Positions 41,274-45,672 of a DNA stretch of 45,672 nt are shown in pieces; within the stretch, counting starts at the first letter, position 1, and each line of letters starts with the position of its first letter. Source of the DNA: Patescibacteria group bacterium. Its GTDB lineage: Bacteria; Patescibacteriota; Minisyncoccia; Phycocordibacterales; PALSA-1337. Below the pieces are notes generated by a model. It was not told the DNA's origin. It did not search any database and was given only the letters and a program-made list of their open reading frames with translations. A program made the position numbers and the translations under genes. The DNA lies in assembly GCA_028865615.1 (NCBI GenBank), contig JAGWJT010000002.1:1-45672 (forward strand), written 5' to 3'.

Positions 41274-42074
41274 ATGGCTACTAAAATGGACGAGAACAAA
41301 TTCAAGGAAAAACTGGACAAGATAGATCTGCTCAAATCCGAGATGGACAAGCTCGGCGTTATCGATCCTGCTCAACAGAAGAATATAGACGATTGGTATA
41401 GGGTCGAGCTGGCTTATACCTCTAACGCTCTGGAAGGCAGCACTCTGTCGCGCCAGGAGACCGCCCAAGTCATCGAAAAGGACATTTCGGTCGAAGGCAA
41501 GAGCCTCAAAGAGCTTATCGAAGCGAAGAATCACGCGGAGGCCTCCGATTTCGTCTTGAGATTCATAAGAGACAATAAGACGCGGCAGGCGATCGACCTC
41601 AAGACGATCCTGGATATCCACGGCATGATCCTTGCAAAGATCGACGAACCGAACGCCGGCAGGTTGCGCACTTTCCCGGTAAGGGTGACCGGCTCGACCT
41701 CGATCATGCCCAACTCTGCCAAGGTTCCGGAACTCATGGAAGCATTGATATCTTGGTTGCATGAGGATCACGTCCACCCAGTCGCAAAAGCCGTCGACGC
41801 GCATTATAGGCTCGTATCCATTCATCCGTTCTCGGACGGCAACGGTCGTACGGCACGTTTGCTCATGAATGCTATCCTCATGCAGAACGGCTTCTCGCCC
41901 CTCGTCATCCCCAAAGAAGCCAGGAAAGGATACGTGACCTCGCTCGAAAAGGCGCAAACCAAACAGGACACCGAGGATTATTACGTCTTTATGCTAGATA
42001 GGATGATCGAATCAATGGAAGATTACATCAAAGCCAGAAAAGGGGACGTGGAATTCACGCCATGGTTCGGTTGA
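41274..42074 (+). CDS. fic: Fic family protein (class II, with N-terminal inhibitory motif); start uncertain
   Basis: Fic motif HPFSDGNGRTARLLMN. An upstream SNALEG matches (S/T)xxxE(G/N). Confidence 0.88.
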   Translation: MATKMDENKFKEKLDKIDLLKSEMDKLGVIDPAQQKNIDDWYRVELAYTSNALEGSTLSRQETAQVIEKDISVEGKSLKELIEAKNHAEASDFVLRFIRDNKTRQAIDLKTILDIHGMILAKIDEPNAGRLRTFPVRVTGSTSIMPNSAKVPELMEALISWLHEDHVHPVAKAVDAHYRLVSIHPFSDGNGRTARLLMNAILMQNGFSPLVIPKEARKGYVTSLEKAQTKQDTEDYYVFMLDRMIESMEDYIKARKGDVEFTPWFG

Positions 42075-42116
42075 AAAGCAATATGCATATATCACATATT
42101 GCATTCCAATCATTGC

Positions 42117-42151
42117 ATTCGTAGCATTCGCATGAATTTGTAGATTCGTAT
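42117..42151 (+). repeat. two ATTCG-type motif units upstream of dnaJ
   Basis: ATTCGTAGCATTCGCAT (42117-42133) and ATTTGTAGATTCGTAT (42136-42151). Confidence 0.75.
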
Positions 42152-42158
42152 TACTTCT

Positions 42159-43139
42159 ATGAAAGACTACTACAAAACTCTTGGCATCGATAAAACCGCC
42201 TCGAAAGACGACGTCAAAAAGGCGTTCAGGAAATTGGCGCACCAGTATCATCCCGACAAGAATAAAGGTAACAAGGACGCAGAGGCCAAGTTCAAGGAAG
42301 CCAGCGAGGCATATTCCGTGCTAGGCGACGATAACAAACGCAAGCAATATGATATGTTCGGTTCGGCCGGACCAGGTGGGGCGGGCTTCAATCAGGGTGC
42401 CGGCGGCTTCAATGCCGGTGGCTTCCAGGGCGGTTTCGGCGGTGCCGGCAACTTCGGCGGCTTTGACTTCTCACAATTTACCCGCGGCGGCCAAGGCGGC
42501 TTCCACTTCAGCCAGGGCGGCATGGAATTCGATCTTGGCGACATATTCGGGGAATTCTTCGGCGGAAGCAGGGGAGGCGCAAGGCGCGTCAGGAAGGGCA
42601 GGAATATCACCGTGGACGTCGAGCTTTCATTCAAGGACTCGATATTCGGCGTGGAGAAAGAGATCAATGTCGGGGGCAAGAGGCTGGCCGTCACGATACC
42701 TCCGGGCATAGAGAGCGGGCAGGGATTGAGAGTGGCGGGCAAGGGCGAACCTGCGCCTGACGATAATGATGCTAAGGATAGTGTGCCGGGAGACCTGATC
42801 GTGCGCATTTGGGTCGCAGAGCATCCAAATATCCGCAAGGAGGGATTCAATCTGGTCATGGAGCTCGACATCAAACTCACGACTGCCTTGGCCGGAGGCA
42901 CGATCGATCTGGATACATTGGACGGCAAGATAGAGCTCAAGATCCCCGCAGGCACCAGCCACGGCGAGATATTGCGCTTGCGCGGCAAGGGTGTGCCTTA
43001 TGAGACTCGCGGCATATTCACCGGCAAAGCCCACGACAAGCGCGGAGACTTGCTCATTGTGACCCATGTGGCTATGCCCAAGAAGCTGTCTAGGAAAGCC
43101 CGGGAGCTCATAGACGAGCTCGGCAAAGAGGGGCTGTAA
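42159..43139 (+). CDS. dnaJ: J-domain co-chaperone, class B/CbpA-like (no zinc-finger domain)
   Basis: J domain with HPD (QYHPDKN), a long G/F-rich linker and C-terminal substrate-binding domains. The protein contains no Cys at all. Confidence 0.88.
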   Translation: MKDYYKTLGIDKTASKDDVKKAFRKLAHQYHPDKNKGNKDAEAKFKEASEAYSVLGDDNKRKQYDMFGSAGPGGAGFNQGAGGFNAGGFQGGFGGAGNFGGFDFSQFTRGGQGGFHFSQGGMEFDLGDIFGEFFGGSRGGARRVRKGRNITVDVELSFKDSIFGVEKEINVGGKRLAVTIPPGIESGQGLRVAGKGEPAPDDNDAKDSVPGDLIVRIWVAEHPNIRKEGFNLVMELDIKLTTALAGGTIDLDTLDGKIELKIPAGTSHGEILRLRGKGVPYETRGIFTGKAHDKRGDLLIVTHVAMPKKLSRKARELIDELGKEGL

Positions 43140-43169
43140 ATCAAGGTCGCACCTTGATATAATGTCAGC

Positions 43170-44138
43170 ATGACAAAGAAAACCCTTTTATCCGGCGTCA
43201 AACCGACAGGTCGGCCGCATATAGGCAATTATTTCGGGGCCATGAGACAGTTCGTGGAGCTCCTGAACAGCGGCGACTATAGCTGCTATTTCTTCATCGC
43301 CGACTATCATGCCCTCAATTTCATACAGAATGCAGAGGAGATGCGCAGGAATACCCTCGACCTCGCCATTGATTACCTAGCCATAGGCCTGGACCCCAAG
43401 AAGGCCGTCCTCTTCAAGCAGTCAGATATATCGGCGCATACCGAGCTATGTTGGATATTCGATACATTGGTGACCGTGCCATACCTCATGCGCGCGCATG
43501 CATTCAAGGATGCCGAAGCCAAGGGCAAAGAGGTCAATGTCGGCACATTCAATTATCCGGTTCTCATGGCCGCAGACATATTGCTCTACGATACGGATGT
43601 CGTGCCTGTCGGTCAGGATCAGAAACAGCACGTCGAATACGCTCGCGATATAGCACAGAAATTCAACAACGCGTTCGGAGGTCGCACCTCCGAAGGTTGC
43701 ACCTTCAAGCTGCCCGAGCCCAAGATATTGGAGAGTGTCGCTACCGTGCCCGGCATAGACGGCCGCAAGATGTCCAAGAGCTACGGCAACACCATTCCGC
43801 TATTCGCCAGCCGCGAAGAGATTGAGAAGGCTGTCATGTCCATAGTCACAGATTCATCGGGAGAGCTACCGGCTAACGTATATAATATTCATAAGCTGTT
43901 CAGATCAGAGGAAGAGTTGAAGCCCCTCTATGAGGCTAATAAAGGCAAATACGCCAACCTCAAGAAGGCCCTGATAGAGGATATAGATGCCTTCATCAAG
44001 CCTTTGCGCGAACACAGAGCAGAGCTGGCAAAAAACGAGAAGAAAGTCCATGAAGTCCTGGCCGCCGGAGCCGAGCGGGCCAACGCTATCGCGTCCAAGA
44101 AGTTAGAAGTTGTTAAAAAAACCATCGGTGTCAAATGA
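43170..44138 (+). CDS. trpS: tryptophan--tRNA ligase
   Basis: SGVKPTGRPHIGNY (HIGH region), GQDQKQH, KMSKS. TGaTATAAT lies 6 nt upstream of the ATG. Confidence 0.92.
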   Translation: MTKKTLLSGVKPTGRPHIGNYFGAMRQFVELLNSGDYSCYFFIADYHALNFIQNAEEMRRNTLDLAIDYLAIGLDPKKAVLFKQSDISAHTELCWIFDTLVTVPYLMRAHAFKDAEAKGKEVNVGTFNYPVLMAADILLYDTDVVPVGQDQKQHVEYARDIAQKFNNAFGGRTSEGCTFKLPEPKILESVATVPGIDGRKMSKSYGNTIPLFASREEIEKAVMSIVTDSSGELPANVYNIHKLFRSEEELKPLYEANKGKYANLKKALIEDIDAFIKPLREHRAELAKNEKKVHEVLAAGAERANAIASKKLEVVKKTIGVK

Positions 44139-44155
44139 CTACGACTTTATTCACA

Positions 44156-44213
44156 ATTCGTAGATTCGGATAAATTCGTAGATTCGTATTGTATCTATTC
44201 GTAGCATTCGCAT
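44156..44213 (+). repeat. three ATTCG-type motif units (six ATTCG pentamers) upstream of scpA
   Basis: ATTCGTAGATTCGGAT, ATTCGTAGATTCGTAT and ATTCGTAGCATTCGCAT. Confidence 0.8.
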
Positions 44214-44256
44214 TATTTAGATCAATTAGGTCAATTAGAAATTAGGTCAATTTTCC

Positions 44257-44979
44257 ATGCCGTTCACCGTCAAACAAGCTTCATTCGAAGGGCCGCTCGA
44301 TCTGCTTCTAGAACTCATAGAGAATCGCAAGCTATTCATAGGAGATATCGCACTGGCCAAAGTCACCGACGACTTCATAGAACATGTCAAAAACTTGGGC
44401 ATCATGCCCATGGGGGAATCGGCGCATTTCATCCTGGTGGCTTCTACATTGCTCCTCATCAAGTCCAAGTCGCTACTGCCGCAATTGGCCCTTTCGGAGG
44501 AAGAAAAAAGCGACATCCGCGACCTGGAGACACGCTTGAAGATATACAAACGCATCAAGGAAGCCGGCAAGTCCGTCCAAGAACTTTTCGGCAAAGATAT
44601 GATATTCGGCCGGTCGTCCGCGCGAGCTGTCGAGCCGGTCTTTGCGCCCGATCCGCAATTCACTCTGGACAAGTCGCTCGCATGCCTGAAGGAGCTGATC
44701 AACCGTCTACCGAAAAAAGAAGCTCTGCCGAAGCACATGGTCAAGAAAGTCATGTCCCTGGAAGATATGATCCAGACCCTGACCGGCCGTATCCAGAGCG
44801 CTCTCAAGATGAGTTTCCATGAATTCACGGCCGGCCAAAAAGGCGAGAAGGTAGGCGTCATCGTCTCTTTCCTGGCCATGCTCGAGCTGGTCAAGAACGG
44901 CATCCTGCACGTTTCCCAAGAATCACAATTCGGCGACATCACCATGGAAACCAAGGAAGTGGGCGTACCAAGGTATTGA
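44257..44979 (+). CDS. scpA: segregation and condensation protein A
   Basis: FEGPLDLLLELIENRKLFIGDIALAKVTDDF. Confidence 0.88.
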   Translation: MPFTVKQASFEGPLDLLLELIENRKLFIGDIALAKVTDDFIEHVKNLGIMPMGESAHFILVASTLLLIKSKSLLPQLALSEEEKSDIRDLETRLKIYKRIKEAGKSVQELFGKDMIFGRSSARAVEPVFAPDPQFTLDKSLACLKELINRLPKKEALPKHMVKKVMSLEDMIQTLTGRIQSALKMSFHEFTAGQKGEKVGVIVSFLAMLELVKNGILHVSQESQFGDITMETKEVGVPRY

Positions 44980-44981
44980 TT

Positions 44982-45077
44982 ATGCGAATCTACGAATAGT
45001 GGCGATGCGAATGCCGCGAATGAACGCAAACCACAATATTCGTAGCATTCGGATTGTCCCATTCGTAGCATTCGTAT
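44982..45077. repeat. ATTCG-type motif units (one reverse, two forward) upstream of scpB
   Basis: ATGCGAATCTACGAATA (reverse), ATTCGTAGCATTCGGAT (45038-45054) and ATTCGTAGCATTCGTAT (45061-45077). The last runs into TATAAT. Confidence 0.8.
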
Positions 45078-45092
45078 TATAATTGTGATGAC

Positions 45093-45641
45093 ATGAATCT
45101 CGCAGCCAAGATAGAAGCCATCCTTTTCTGGAAAGCCGAGCCTGTCGGCATCAAGAAGCTCGCTCAACTGCTCGACACGGACGCCGGTTCGATCAAAACC
45201 GGCCTGGCCGAGCTTGAACAGGCCTTGAATGGTAGGGGACTCGCCTTGGTCCAAACGGACGACGAAGTCATGCTTGGCACCGCCAAAGAGCTTTCGCCGC
45301 TCATAGAGAAACTGACCAAGGACGAGCTCACGCGCGACCTTGGCAAGGCGGGACTGGAGACGCTTTCCATCGTGCTCTATCAGGGACCCATAAGCCGATC
45401 GGACATAGACTACATCCGCGGCGTCAATTCCCAGTTTATCCTGCGATCGCTCCTTATCCGCGGCCTGGTCGAACGCATAGACAACCCGGCAGACCAGAGG
45501 AGCTTCCTATACAAGCCGACCATAGATCTCTTGTCGCACCTGGGCGTCTCCAAGATCGCAGACTTGCCGGAATACAATAAGGTCAGGGCCGACATCGAGT
45601 CGTTCAAGTTGTCGGTTCAGCAGCCACAGCCCGGCGAATGA
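45093..45641 (+). CDS. scpB: segregation and condensation protein B
   Basis: IEAILFWKAEPV...LETLSIVLYQGPISRSDIDYIRGV. Confidence 0.88.
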   Translation: MNLAAKIEAILFWKAEPVGIKKLAQLLDTDAGSIKTGLAELEQALNGRGLALVQTDDEVMLGTAKELSPLIEKLTKDELTRDLGKAGLETLSIVLYQGPISRSDIDYIRGVNSQFILRSLLIRGLVERIDNPADQRSFLYKPTIDLLSHLGVSKIADLPEYNKVRADIESFKLSVQQPQPGE

Positions 45642-45672
45642 TGTGCATACAGCATGAACTCAAAGTGCTTTT
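45642..45672 (+). repeat. start of a third family-2 hairpin element, truncated by the window end
   Basis: GCATACAGC is shared with copy B and CAAAGTGCTTTT with copy A. Like both, it starts directly after a stop codon. Confidence 0.55.

Noticed and set aside
44156-45079. ATTCG-unit arrays as a CRISPR array or other spacer-repeat locus.
   Set aside because: The units are 16-17 nt with gaps of 0-10 nt, far too short and irregular for CRISPR. Copies are dispersed in front of genes, and no cas genes are present.
1759-45641. Alternative genetic code (UGA as sense, as in some candidate phyla).
   Set aside because: Several well-conserved genes (e.g. uvrA, trpS, ychF) terminate at TGA at the expected protein length. 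No identified gene needs read-through of an in-frame TGA.

Overview
The window is a gene-dense, almost entirely plus-strand housekeeping region of a small-genome bacterium. Truncated domain architectures, tiny intergenic spacers and weak Shine-Dalgarno use suggest Patescibacteria/CPR, but that placement is inference only. Standard code 11 fits, with no in-frame TGA needed.

Recognisable genes:
- DNA repair: uvrA, a short uvrC.
- Cell wall: ddl, mltG.
- tRNA cluster of six: Ala-UGC, Ala-CGC, Pro-CGG, Ala-GGC, Pro-GGG, Val-CAC.
- Metabolism and translation factors: zwf, ychF, mnmA, an M3-like peptidase.
- aaRS: leuS, alaS, trpS.
- Ribosomal/RNAP block: infA-rpmJ-rpsM-rpsK-rpsD-rpoA-rplQ, then rplM-rpsI.
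- Chaperones: a fragmented grpE...dnaK...fic...dnaJ locus.
- Chromosome segregation: scpA, scpB.

Observations most worth follow-up:
1. A complete Nudix hydrolase domain with a perfect Nudix box is inserted inside LeuRS.
2. Several families of long palindromic or structured repeats are present. One 99-nt copy sits exactly in frame inside mnmA, with a sister copy between tRNA genes. A 114-nt palindrome sits in frame in leuS. Others lie directly after stop codons and show compensatory stem changes.
3. A co-directional block at 20.5-24.6 kb encodes nucleotide-handling proteins: an ATP-cone/REase-fold fusion, a DUF4406-like protein, two Nudix proteins, two deoxyribosyltransferase-like paralogs and a family-4 UDG.
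4. A self-contained promoter + 25-codon Cys/His-rich ORF + terminator unit lies inside the tRNA cluster.
5. The tRNA-Pro 3' end is duplicated as a 21-nt direct repeat flanking a GC-rich 126-nt insert.
6. A perfect 31-bp inverted repeat brackets a promoter-like box and a start codon.
7. Arrays of ATTCG pentamers lie in front of several genes, including dnaK and dnaJ.
8. A class II Fic gene is wedged between dnaK and dnaJ.

No CRISPR array, transposase, integrase or rRNA was seen. All domain calls come from motif recognition by eye, not from searches.
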